64,000 bases of DNA from an uncultured Candidatus Rokubacteria bacterium (GTDB lineage: Bacteria; Methylomirabilota; Methylomirabilia; Rokubacteriales; CSP1-6). A program made the position numbers and the translations under genes. Shown in pieces: positions 55,418 to 64,000 of this stretch. Below the pieces are notes generated by a model, which did no database searches, had not been told where the DNA came from, and saw nothing but the letters and a program-made list of their open reading frames with translations. The DNA is taken from the NCBI GenBank assembly GCA_963762145.1, contig CAVXJS010000009.1, positions 736,001 to 800,000 of the forward strand, written 5' to 3'. The stretch's first letter is position 1. Each line of letters opens with the position of its first letter.

Positions 55418-57088
55418 CTAGAACACCACCGAGGGCTGATGGACGCCGAACACGCGCCTCAGGGTGTCGCAGATCTCGCCGAGCGTCACCTGCGCCCGCA
55501 CCGCGGTCAGGATGTGGGGCAGCAGGTTGTCGCGGCCGCGGGCGGCCCGATCCACCGCCTCGAGCGCGCGATCGGCGGCGGACGCGTCACGCGTCCGGCG
55601 AATGACCGCGAGGCGCTCGGCCAGGGCCTGGCCGACGGTGGCGTCCACCTGGAAGAGGTTCGCGGGCGGCGGCTCCTCCATGACGAACTCGTTCACGCCC
55701 ACCACCACGCGCTGCTTGGCCTCCACGTCCTGCTGGTAGCGGTAGGCCGCCTCCTGGATCTCGCGCTGCATGAACGGGATGGCGTGCACCGACCCGCCCA
55801 GGCCGTCGATCTTGGCGATGTAGGTCTCGGCCTCCTCCTCGATCCGCTTCGTGATGCGCTCGATCGAGTACGAGCCGCCGAGCGGATCGACGATGTCGGC
55901 CACCCCGGACTCGTGGGCCAGGACCTGCTGGGTGCGGAGCGCGAGGCGGACCGCGGCCTCGCTCGGCAGGGACAGGGCCTCGTCCATCGAGTTGGTGTGG
56001 AGCGACTGGCAACCCCCCAGCACCGCGGCCAGCGCCTGCACCGCCACGCGCACGATGTTGTTTTCCGGCTGCTGGGCGGTGAGCATGCTCCCCGCGGTCT
56101 GGGCATGGAAGCGCAGCATCCGCGAGCGCGGATCCCGTGCGCCGAAGCGATCCTTCATGATGCGGGCCCACAGCCGCCGGGCCGCCCGGAACTTGGCCAC
56201 CTCCTCGAGGAGGTTGTTGTGGGCGTTGAAGAAGAACGACAGCTGCGGTGCGAACTCATCCACCTTGAGCCCGGCTTCCTGGGCCGCGGTCACGTAGGCG
56301 ATGCCGTTGGCGAGCGTGAAGGCGACCTCCTGGGCCGCGGTGGACCCGGCCTCCCGCAGGTGATAGCCCGAGATCGAGATCGTGTTCCAGCGCGGCACCC
56401 GCTCGCGGCAGAACGCAAAGGTATCGGTGATCAGTCGCATGGACGGGCCGGGAGGGTACACGTAGGTCCCCCGCGCGATGTACTCCTTCAGGATGTCGTT
56501 CTGGACCGTTCCCGAGATCCGGTCCGACGACACGCCCTGCCGCTCTCCCACCGCCATGTACAGGCAGAGCAGGATGGACGCGGTGGAGTTGATGGTCATC
56601 GAGGTCGAGACCCGGTCGAGCGGGATGGCCTCGAACAGGGCCGCCATGTCCTCCACGCTCGAGATCGCCACCCCGACCTTGCCGACCTCGCTGCGGGCCA
56701 CCTCGTGGTCCGCGTCGTACCCCATCTGGGTGGGCAGGTCGAAGGCCACGCTGAGGCCGCTCTGTCCCTGCGCGAGCAGATAGCGGAAGCGCTGGTTGGT
56801 CTCGGTCGCCGAGCCGAAGCCCGCGTACTGGCGCATCGTCCAGAACCGCCCGCGGTACATCGTGGGCTGCACGCCGCGCGTGTACGGGAACTCGCCCGGG
56901 AACCCCAGGTCCCGCACGTAGTCCACCCCCGCGGTATCCGCGGGCGTGTGCAGGCGCTCGACCGGCGCGCCGGCCGAATCCGCGAAGGGGCCCGGCCGCT
57001 CGGGGGACCGGGCCAGCGAGGGCTTGAGCGTCCGCTCCTCCCACTCGCGGCGGGCCTGCTCGAACCGCGCCTGCTCTTCCGGCGTCAT
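55418..57088 (-). CDS. Methylmalonyl-CoA mutase, substrate-binding subunit (no fused B12 domain)
   Basis: [18 protein letters not shown] (Tyr as in MCM), [19 protein letters not shown]. Confidence 0.92.
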   Translation of the reverse strand: MTPEEQARFEQARREWEERTLKPSLARSPERPGPFADSAGAPVERLHTPADTAGVDYVRDLGFPGEFPYTRGVQPTMYRGRFWTMRQYAGFGSATETNQRFRYLLAQGQSGLSVAFDLPTQMGYDADHEVARSEVGKVGVAISSVEDMAALFEAIPLDRVSTSMTINSTASILLCLYMAVGERQGVSSDRISGTVQNDILKEYIARGTYVYPPGPSMRLITDTFAFCRERVPRWNTISISGYHLREAGSTAAQEVAFTLANGIAYVTAAQEAGLKVDEFAPQLSFFFNAHNNLLEEVAKFRAARRLWARIMKDRFGARDPRSRMLRFHAQTAGSMLTAQQPENNIVRVAVQALAAVLGGCQSLHTNSMDEALSLPSEAAVRLALRTQQVLAHESGVADIVDPLGGSYSIERITKRIEEEAETYIAKIDGLGGSVHAIPFMQREIQEAAYRYQQDVEAKQRVVVGVNEFVMEEPPPANLFQVDATVGQALAERLAVIRRTRDASAADRALEAVDRAARGRDNLLPHILTAVRAQVTLGEICDTLRRVFGVHQPSVVF

Positions 57089-57116
57089 CGGAACCACGTC
57101 ACAGTGGGGGGCCACG

Positions 57117-58668
57117 TCATAGGGGAATATTCCCGTGCTTCTTGGGCGGGTTGCTGTCGCGCTTGGTGTGCAGGACCTCGAGGGCCTGGATCAGTCGCCG
57201 CCTCGTGTCGCGCGGCTCGATCACCTCGTCGATGTAGCCCCGCTCCGCCGCCACGAACGGGTTGGCGAACTTCTCCCGGTACTCGCGCACCTTCTCGTCC
57301 TTGAGCGCGGCGGGATCCGGCGCCCCGTCCATCTCGCGCCGGTACAGGATGTTCACCGCCCCGTCGGGGCCCATCACCGCGATCTCGGCGGTGGGGAACG
57401 CGAAGTTGGCGTCACCGCGGATGTGCTTCGACGACATCACGCAGTAGGCGCCCCCGTAGGCCTTGCGGGTGATCACGGTGAGCTTCGGCACCGTGGCCTC
57501 GCAGAAGGCGAAGAGCAGCTTGGCCCCGTGCTTGATGATGCCACCGAACTCCTGGGCGGTCCCGGGCAGGAACCCGGGCACGTCCTCGAAGGTCACGATG
57601 GGGATGTTGAAGCAATCGCAGAACCGCACGAAGCGCGCCCCCTTGACCGAGGCGTTGATGTCGAGGCAGCCGGCCAGGTGCGCGGGCTGGTTGGCGACGA
57701 TTCCCACCGGGCGGCCCCCGAGCCGTCCGAAGCCGATCACCAGATTCGGCGCGAAGTCGGCCTGCACCTCGAAGAAGTACCGGTCGTCGAGCACCGGCCG
57801 CACGATGTCCTTGATGTCGTAGGGCCGGTTCGGCTGCTCCGGCACCACCGTCTGCAGCTCCTCGTCCACCCGGTCCACCGGATCGAGCGAGGGCCGGATC
57901 GGCGGGATCCTCGGCATTGTTCTGCGGCAGGAAGGTCAGCAGCTCGCGGATGAGGGCCAGGCACTCCTCCTCGTTCTCCGCCGCGAAGTGGGCCACTCCC
58001 GAGGTCGCGCCGTGGGTGGAGGCGCCGCCCAGGTCCTCGAACGAGACCTCCTCGTGGGTCACCGCCCGGATCACGTCGGGCCCGGTCACGAACATGTACG
58101 AGCTGTGCTTGACCATGAACACGAAGTCGGTGATGGCCGGAGAGTAGACCGCCCCGCCCGCGCACGGTCCCATGATGGCCGAGATCTGGGGCACCACTCC
58201 CGAGGCCAGGGTGTTGCGCAGGAAGATGTCCGCATAGCCGGCCAGCGAGACCACGCCCTCCTGGATCCTCGCCCCACCCGAGTCGTTGAGGCCGATGATG
58301 GGGGTGCCCGTCTTCATGGCGAGATCCATGATCTTGCAGATCTTCCGCGCGTAGGCTTCCGAGAGCGACCCGCCGAAGACGGTGAAGTCCTGGGCGAACA
58401 CGAAGACCGGTCGGCCGTGGATGCGGCCCGCCCCCGTGACGACCCCGTCACCCGGGAAGCGCTGCTCGTCCATGCCGAAGTCCACGCTCTGGTGAACGAC
58501 CAGGCGGTCCATCTCGTTGAACGATCCCTTGTCGACGAGCAGCTCGACGCGCTCGCGCGCGGTCTTCTTGCCCGCGTTGTGCTGCCGGGCGATCCGTTCC
58601 GGGCCGCCCGCGAGCTCGGCCGCCTCGTTGCGTCGTCGGAGCTCATCGAAGCGATCGTGGAGGGGCAT
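57117..58668 (-). CDS. pccB: Acyl-CoA (propionyl-CoA) carboxylase carboxyltransferase subunit; apparent frameshift near 57905
   Basis: [45 protein letters not shown]. Confidence 0.92.
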
Positions 58669-58785
58669 GGCGGGACCTCTGCTGATGGAGTATAGGGGTC
58701 CCCGTCCCGGAAAGTCAATGAATGCGGGCGCTTCTCGGCCCCTTTCATTGACTTGCACGATGCCGCCTGCCATACTCGGTTCCCG

Positions 58786-59166
58786 ATGACCCCCCTCGCG
58801 GTTGGCATCATTCTCGCCTGCGTCGTGGCGCTCACGATCGTGCTGATCTCCACCCTGCTGTCCGTCAAGAAGACGGCCGCGCGCGCGGAGAGCGTGCTCG
58901 CCCAGGTGGAGCGTGAAGTCCGTCCGATGGCGAGCGAGCTCGAGAGCTTGACCGGCGAGCTGCAGAAGCTCTCGCGCAATGCCAACGACAACCTCCAGCG
59001 GATCGGGGGAATCGTGGATCGCGTCGAGGACATCTCGGTGCAGGCGGCGCGGATCGCGGGCGCGGTGGCGGGGCTCACGCGCGTAGGGCAGTATGCGGGC
59101 ATGGCGGCCGGCGTCAAGCGGGGCGTCGAAGTCTTCCTTCACCGGCTCAAGGACCGACACCACTGA
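58786..59166 (+). CDS. DUF948/YoxC-like membrane-anchored coiled-coil protein
   Basis: N-terminal TM helix followed by heptads; upstream of a YtxH gene; TTGACT-17-CATACT promoter. Confidence 0.75.
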   Translation: MTPLAVGIILACVVALTIVLISTLLSVKKTAARAESVLAQVEREVRPMASELESLTGELQKLSRNANDNLQRIGGIVDRVEDISVQAARIAGAVAGLTRVGQYAGMAAGVKRGVEVFLHRLKDRHH

Positions 59167-59192
59167 TCGGCGGCAAGGCCAAGGAGAAGACC

Positions 59193-59507
59193 ATGGCGGA
59201 TGAACGCGGAAACGACGCGGCGGGTTACCTCGGGTGGTTCTTCCTCGGCGCCATCGCGGGCGCGGCGGCGGCCGTCCTCCTCACGCCCAAGACGGGGCGC
59301 GAGACGCGCGAGCTGCTGGCCGAGCACAGCGGCGATCTCCTCAAGCGCGCCCAGGACGTGGCGGGCCAGGCGCAGGATCGCGCGGGAGATCTCTTCGACA
59401 AGGGCCGCGAGTACTTCGAGGAGCAGGCGCAGCGTTTGACCTCGGCCTTCGAGGCGGGCCGCTCGGCCATGAAGGACGAGATCACGCGGGGGCGCTCCAG
59501 CAACTAA
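59193..59507 (+). CDS. YtxH-domain protein
   Basis: [24 protein letters not shown]. Confidence 0.88.
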   Translation: MADERGNDAAGYLGWFFLGAIAGAAAAVLLTPKTGRETRELLAEHSGDLLKRAQDVAGQAQDRAGDLFDKGREYFEEQAQRLTSAFEAGRSAMKDEITRGRSSN

Positions 59508-59510
59508 CGC

Positions 59511-60110
59511 ATGGCGGCGGAAGTCGAGCTACCCAAGCCCGACGACCTGCACGAGCACGCCGCCAGTTCCTTCAGCCGTCGGGTCGCGCTGGTCACGGCC
59601 ATCTACGCGGTGGCCCTGGCCATCGCGGCCCTCGGCGGCAACCACGCGGTCAAGGAAATGCTGCTGGCCCAGCAGCTGTCCACCGACCAGTGGGCGTTCT
59701 ACCAGGCCAAGGTCATCCGCGAGCATCTCTACCGCGCCCAGAAGATGGGCCTCGAGGTGGATCTGGCCTAGCGCGCCGCGGCGCCTCAAGCGGCGGCGCG
59801 CGAGCGGATGGAGGCGCTTCTCAAGAAGTTCGACGAGGAGGAGAAGCGCTACAACGCCGAGAAGTAGGACATCGAGAAGGACGCCAAGAAGCTCGAGGCG
59901 CTCCGCGACACCTACCAGGCCCGCGAGCCCTACTTCCTGGTCGCGGAGGCGTTGCTGCAGATCGCCATCGTGATGTCGTCGGTGTCCATCCTGGCTCGCT
60001 CGGGCCTGATCTTCTCGGTCAGCCTCGTCCTCGCCGTGGTGGGCGCCGTCCTGACCCTCAACGGCTACTTCACGATCTTCCACCTCCCGTTCTTTCACGG
60101 CGGCCACTAG
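59511..60110 (+). pseudogene. DUF4337-like membrane protein with two in-frame TAG codons (59769, 59865)
   Basis: DQWAFYQAKVIRE before the first TAG; PYF..AE.LLQIAIVMSSVSIL after the second; single frame of 200 codons. Confidence 0.75.
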
Positions 60111-60112
60111 GC

Positions 60113-60135
60113 TCGGAGGGGGGCTATGCCCCCCT
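60113..60135. repeat. Left part of a REP-like palindrome interrupted by IS110
   Basis: TCGGAGGGGGGC-TAT-GCCCCCCT; the hairpin is completed by TCCGA at 61263-61267. Confidence 0.8.
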
Positions 60136-60147
60136 TGTATCTTAGGA

Positions 60148-60312
60148 ACTCCGGCGGATAGCGTAGCCGGAGTGAAGGCGGGCGGGAGCCCGCGCCCCCC
60201 TGGGTCGGCCAAGACCGTTCGGAAGCCTGGGGCCCTGCCTGCCGCTTCACGTGCCGTGAACCCGAACAGTCGCTTGGGCCGCTCGGCGAGCCCGCATCGA
60301 CAAGGACGGGAC
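60148..60312 (+). ncRNA. IS110 bridge RNA
   Basis: 5' hairpin ACTCCGGC/GCCGGAGT; target-binding loop with GCCCCCCT (60194-60201) and TCGGAAG (60219-60225); donor-binding loop with ACAGTCGCT (60266-60274) and ACAAG (60300-60304). Confidence 0.88.
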
Positions 60313-61245
60313 ATGGAACGGATCTTCGTGGGGCTGGATGTCTCGAAGGATCGGCTGGACGTGCATGTACGCCCCACGGATGAGCAGTTCGCGGTGGCGT
60401 ACGAAGAGGCGGGGGTGGCCACGCTGGTGCACCGGCTGGTCGACCTGCGGCCGATGCTGATTGTGCTGGAAGCGACCGGCGGGTATGAGAGCGCCGTCGC
60501 CGCCGCGCTGGCACACGCCGGGTTACCGGTGGCGGTGGTCAATCCCCGGCAGGTCCGGCAGTTTGCGCTGGCCACGGGGCAGCTGGCGAAGACGGATCGG
60601 CTCGATGCGCGGGCCAATGCGCGCTTTGCGGAGTTGGTGCAGCCGGCGGCGCGGCCGCTGGCCACGGAGCAGGCGCAGGGGCTGGGGGAACTCGTGGCCC
60701 GGCGGCGCCAGCTCGTCGATATGCTGGGGGCCGAGCAGAACCGGCATCGCCAAGCGCGGGTCCGCGGGCTGCAACAGCGCATCCGGGCGCACGTCACGTG
60801 GCTCACGCGGGCGATCGCGGAGGTCGACAAGGCGATCGCCCGGCTCATTCGCACGAGCTCCGTGTGGCGGGAGACGGAGGATCTGCTGACCTCGGCGCCG
60901 GGGATTGGCGCCCTCACCGCGCACGCGCTGATCGCCGACCTCCCGGAACTGGGTCGGCTGGATCGGCGTCGGATTGCCGCGCTCGTCGGCCTGGCGCCGT
61001 GGAATCGCGACAGCGGCCGCTGGCGGGGGCGGCGCATGATCGGCGGGGGCCGGGCCGCCGTCCGCCGCGCGCTGTACATGCCCACCATCGTGGCGATTCA
61101 CCACAACCCGGTGATCCGGGAGGTCTACCGGCGGCTCACGGCCGCGGGCCGCCCCAAGAAGGTCGCCGTCATCGCGGCCATGCGCAAGCTACTCACGATC
61201 CTCAACGCCATGCTCCGGGACCGCCGCCCATGGCAACCCGCTTGA
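60313..61245 (+). CDS. IS110 DEDD recombinase/transposase (310 aa)
   Basis: VGLDVSK, LEATGGYE, VNPRQVR, KTDRLDA, PGIG, GLAP..RDSG (catalytic Ser), A.MRKLL. Confidence 0.96.
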   Translation: MERIFVGLDVSKDRLDVHVRPTDEQFAVAYEEAGVATLVHRLVDLRPMLIVLEATGGYESAVAAALAHAGLPVAVVNPRQVRQFALATGQLAKTDRLDARANARFAELVQPAARPLATEQAQGLGELVARRRQLVDMLGAEQNRHRQARVRGLQQRIRAHVTWLTRAIAEVDKAIARLIRTSSVWRETEDLLTSAPGIGALTAHALIADLPELGRLDRRRIAALVGLAPWNRDSGRWRGRRMIGGGRAAVRRALYMPTIVAIHHNPVIREVYRRLTAAGRPKKVAVIAAMRKLLTILNAMLRDRRPWQPA

Positions 61246-61262
61246 CCGGCAAGACAGTCGCT

Positions 61263-61343
61263 TCCGACGGTCGTCGCGCGCCGGACGGCGCACTCCTCCC
61301 TGCCTCCCCCCAAGCGGATTGCGCGGGCGAAGCCCGCGCTCGA
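61263..61343. repeat. Right part of the interrupted REP-like element
   Basis: tccga...cctcccccca...GCGCGGGC-gaa-GCCCGCGC second hairpin. Confidence 0.65.
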
Positions 61344-61354
61344 AACGGCCGGGA

Positions 61355-62512
61355 CTAGCGGCGGAAGTCGGCGCGGGTCGGCAGCAGCCGGTCGGCGATG
61401 AGGTTGCGCATCATCTCGACGGTGCCCCCGCCGATCGCGAACATGCGGGCGTCGCGCGCCATGCGCTCGAGGGGCAGGCCGCGCCCGTAGCCGGCCGCCC
61501 CGTGGATCTGGAGCGCCTGGCCGGTCACCTCCTGCGCCATCTCGGCCGCGAAGGTCTTGGCCTCGGCGGCCTCGAGCGCGTCCGGGAACCCGGCGCCCGC
61601 GTTGGCGGCGGCGCGGTGGATGAGCAGTCGGGCCGCGTCGAGCTTGATCGCCATGTCGGCCAGCTTCCAGCGGATACCCTGGAAGTCGCCGATGACCCGG
61701 CCGAACTGTCGCCGCGTGCCCGCGTAGGCCAGGGCGAGCTCGTACGCGCCCTGGGCCAGGCCGAGGGCCACCGTGGCGGCGCCAAGGCGCTGGCTGTTGT
61801 AGGCCTCCATCAGCTTCTTGAAGCCGTCGGGCGGACCCACCAGCACGTGCTCACGGGGCACGCGACAGCCCTCGAAGTGGAGCCGCCCCTCGGGGATGCC
61901 GCGGAGGCCCATGGTGTGGTCGCGCTCGCCGACGCGGAATCCCGGCGTGTCGCGCTCGACGAAGAGGCCGCCGATGCCCGCCGCTCCCGGCTTCCCGCCC
62001 ATGCGGCAATAGACGAGATGGAGCCGAGACGTCCCGGCGCCGGTGATCCATCGCTTCTCCCCGTGGAGGGCGTAGCCCTCGGGCGCCTCGTCGGCGCGGG
62101 TCACGAGGTCGGTCGCCGCCGAGCCCGCCTCGGGCTCGGTGATCGCGATCGCGGGCTTGTCGCCCTCGAGCACCCACGGGAAGTAGCGCCGCTTCTGCGA
62201 CTCGGTCCCGTACGCGGTGAGCGCCCCGACCACCCCGAGGCTTCCCTCGACCACGATGCGCGCGGTGACCCCGCAGGCGCGCGCGATCTCCTCGACGACC
62301 AGCAAGACATCGAGGATGGACGCGCCGGCTCCTCCGAACGCCCGGGGAATGCTGAGCCCCATGAAGCCGGCCTGGACCAGATCCTTCACGTTGTCCCAGG
62401 GGTATTCCTCGGCGGCGTCCCAGCGGGCGGCGCGGTCGCGGAAGACGGTGTCGGCCAGGTGGCGCGCGCGAGCCTTGAGTGCTTCCTGCTCCGCAGTGAG
62501 CTTGAAGTCCAT
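61355..62512 (-). CDS. Acyl-CoA dehydrogenase-fold protein resembling 3-sulfinopropanoyl-CoA desulfinase
   Basis: EYPWDNV, GDKPAIAITEP.AGS, MGLRGIPE, YNSQRLGA, RDARMFAIGGGT (no catalytic Glu at the usual site). Confidence 0.8.
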   Translation of the reverse strand: MDFKLTAEQEALKARARHLADTVFRDRAARWDAAEEYPWDNVKDLVQAGFMGLSIPRAFGGAGASILDVLLVVEEIARACGVTARIVVEGSLGVVGALTAYGTESQKRRYFPWVLEGDKPAIAITEPEAGSAATDLVTRADEAPEGYALHGEKRWITGAGTSRLHLVYCRMGGKPGAAGIGGLFVERDTPGFRVGERDHTMGLRGIPEGRLHFEGCRVPREHVLVGPPDGFKKLMEAYNSQRLGAATVALGLAQGAYELALAYAGTRRQFGRVIGDFQGIRWKLADMAIKLDAARLLIHRAAANAGAGFPDALEAAEAKTFAAEMAQEVTGQALQIHGAAGYGRGLPLERMARDARMFAIGGGTVEMMRNLIADRLLPTRADFRR

Positions 62513-62517
62513 GTCGG

Positions 62518-62552
62518 CCCCCTCACCCTGCCTCTCCCCGCTGGGGAGAGGG
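62518..62552. repeat. CCCTCACCCTG-CCTCTCCCC palindromic repeat
   Basis: cctcaccctg CCTCTCCCC-gct-GGGGAGAGG 9-bp stem. Confidence 0.75.
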
Positions 62553-62559
62553 AGAAGAA

Positions 62560-63957
62560 TCAGATGTGGATCGGGTGGCCGAGCGCGGCCAGGACCGCCT
62601 CGAACGCGGCCTCGGACAGGGTGGGATGGGCGTGCATGGTGTGGACGAACTCGTCCAGCGTGGCCTCGAGGGTCCGGCCGACCGCGAACTCGTGGATCAG
62701 CTCGGTGGCCTCGGGTCCGACGATGTGGACGCCGAGGATCTCGCCGGTGGCCTTGTCCGCCACCACCTTGACGAAGCCTTCGGTCTCGCCCTGCGCGACC
62801 GCCTTGCCGCTCGCGGTGAACGGGAACTTGCCGACCGCGATCTCGCGCCCTCCCGCGCGCGCCGCCGCCTCGGTGAGCCCGATGGACGCAACCTGAGGAT
62901 GGCAGTACGTGCAGGACGGCACGTTGCCGTAGTCCACCGGCCGCGGGGACTGGCCCGCGATCGCCTCCGCGGCCACGACGCCCTCCGCCATCGCCTTGTG
63001 GGCGAGGAGCTGGTGACCCGCCATGTCGCCGATGGCGTAGATGCCCTTGACCGACGTCTCCATGGCCGCCGACACCGTGACGAAGCCGCGCTCGGTCGCG
63101 ACACCCAGGGCCTCGAGCCCGAGCCCGCGCGTGCGCGCGCCGCGTCCCACCGCCATCAGCACCTGGTCGGCCTTGAGGGTCTCGGTCTTGCCCTCGGCCT
63201 CCACCTCCACCGAGACCCCGGCGCCGGTCGGCGTCACGCTCTTGACCTTCACGCCGGTGCGGATCGTGATCTCCCGCCGGGAGAAGAGCCGCGCGATCTG
63301 CGCGGACGCCTCCTCGTCCTCGATGGGCAGCACGCGCGGGAGCGCCTCCAGCACCGTCACCGCCGCGCCGTAGGCCGCGTAGACGTCCGCGAACTCGATG
63401 CCCACCGCGCCCGCGCCGATGACGATCAGTGAGCCGGGCCGGCCCTCGTTGGTGACCGCGCCGGTGGAGGAGACGATCCGCTTCTCGTCGATGGTGACGC
63501 CGGGCAGCGACTTCGGCTCGGACCCGGTGGCGAGGATGACCGCCCGTTTTGCTTCGAGCGTAGTCGCGCCGTCCTTGCCCGCGACCTCCACCACGCGGGC
63601 GCTCTTGAGCGTGCCCCGGCCGAGGAAGAGGGTGATCTTGTTCTTGCGGAAGAGGAACTCGACGCCCTTGGCCATGCGGTCGGCGACCTTGCGCGAGCGC
63701 TGCACCGCCTGCGCGTAGTCGGCCTTCCACTCGCCGACGGTGATGCCGAACTCCTTCGCCCGATTGAAGAGGCCGACGACCTCCGCGTTGCGGAGGAGCG
63801 CCTTGGTCGGGATGCAGCCCCAGTTGAGACAGACCCCACCCGGCCGGTCGTCCTCGACGGTGGCCACCGAGAGCCCGAGCTGCGCGCAGCGGATGGCGGC
63901 CACGTACCCGCCGGGGCCGGTACCCACCACCACGACGTCGAACGGCTGGGTGGCCAT
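62560..63957 (-). CDS. lpdA: Dihydrolipoamide dehydrogenase
   Basis: GTGPGGY, GGVCLNWGCIPTK, LAHKA, HAHPTLSE. Confidence 0.96.
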   Translation of the reverse strand: MATQPFDVVVVGTGPGGYVAAIRCAQLGLSVATVEDDRPGGVCLNWGCIPTKALLRNAEVVGLFNRAKEFGITVGEWKADYAQAVQRSRKVADRMAKGVEFLFRKNKITLFLGRGTLKSARVVEVAGKDGATTLEAKRAVILATGSEPKSLPGVTIDEKRIVSSTGAVTNEGRPGSLIVIGAGAVGIEFADVYAAYGAAVTVLEALPRVLPIEDEEASAQIARLFSRREITIRTGVKVKSVTPTGAGVSVEVEAEGKTETLKADQVLMAVGRGARTRGLGLEALGVATERGFVTVSAAMETSVKGIYAIGDMAGHQLLAHKAMAEGVVAAEAIAGQSPRPVDYGNVPSCTYCHPQVASIGLTEAAARAGGREIAVGKFPFTASGKAVAQGETEGFVKVVADKATGEILGVHIVGPEATELIHEFAVGRTLEATLDEFVHTMHAHPTLSEAAFEAVLAALGHPIHI

Positions 63958-63960
63958 GGG

Positions 63961-64000
63961 CTAGACCAGGAGACGCAGGGGCTCTTCGAGCAGCCGCTTC
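63961..64000 (-). CDS. 3' end of a 2-oxoacid dehydrogenase E2 (dihydrolipoamide acyltransferase), partial
   Basis: KRLLEEPLRLLV* is a typical E2 C-terminus; immediately upstream of lpdA. Confidence 0.7.
   Translation of the reverse strand, partial: KRLLEEPLRLLV

Larger units (their letters stand above)
60134..61262 (+). mobile_element. IS110-family insertion sequence (IS621-like layout) with CT core at both ends
   Basis: CT at 60134-60135 and 61261-61262; removing the element restores a palindrome; 177-nt non-coding left end, short right end, no long terminal inverted repeats. Confidence 0.93.

Noticed and set aside
57895-57920. pccB split into two genes
   Set aside because: A single indel joins the two halves into a normal full-length carboxyltransferase
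60172-60312. 47-aa N-terminal extension of the IS110 recombinase (ORF track start at 60172)
   Set aside because: Homology begins at ATG 60313 (MERIFVGLD); the upstream region is the structured bridge RNA

Overview
GC-rich bacterial chromosomal segment. Gene content, repeat style and rRNA suggest Candidatus Rokubacteria/Methylomirabilota, which is an inference and not a database match. Most of the window is housekeeping on the minus strand: gatA/gatC, pcrA, glmS/glmU, rluD, lspA, ileS, tatA, selB/selA/selC, pit, a complete 16S-tRNA-Ile-tRNA-Ala-23S-5S operon, tyrS, glyQS, recO-era-ybeY-phoH-aspS-hisS, ispB, methylmalonyl-CoA mutase, pccB and lpdA. Highlight 1: an intact ~1.13 kb IS110-family element (60134-61262) whose 177-nt non-coding left end decodes base by base as a bridge RNA. 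Its four guide segments match its own insertion target (a palindromic REP-like repeat) and its own circle-junction donor, and a sigma70 promoter forms only on circularisation. Highlight 2: an unannotated selenoprotein, a tandem AhpD/CMD-domain protein with a C-N-Y-U-x-x-A-H motif and a SECIS hairpin, near selA/selB/tRNA-Sec and directly behind a ThiS/MoaD-like carrier. Other points: a DUF4337-like gene with two in-frame TAG codons, pervasive apparently leaderless promoters, a palindromic repeat inserted in frame into a glycosyltransferase, three paralogous FlgT-like envelope proteins, and a desulfinase-like acyl-CoA dehydrogenase. Single-base frameshifts in core genes (gatA, gatC, pcrA, lpxL, pccB) are most likely sequencing/assembly errors. 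All family assignments come from motif recognition; no searches were run.
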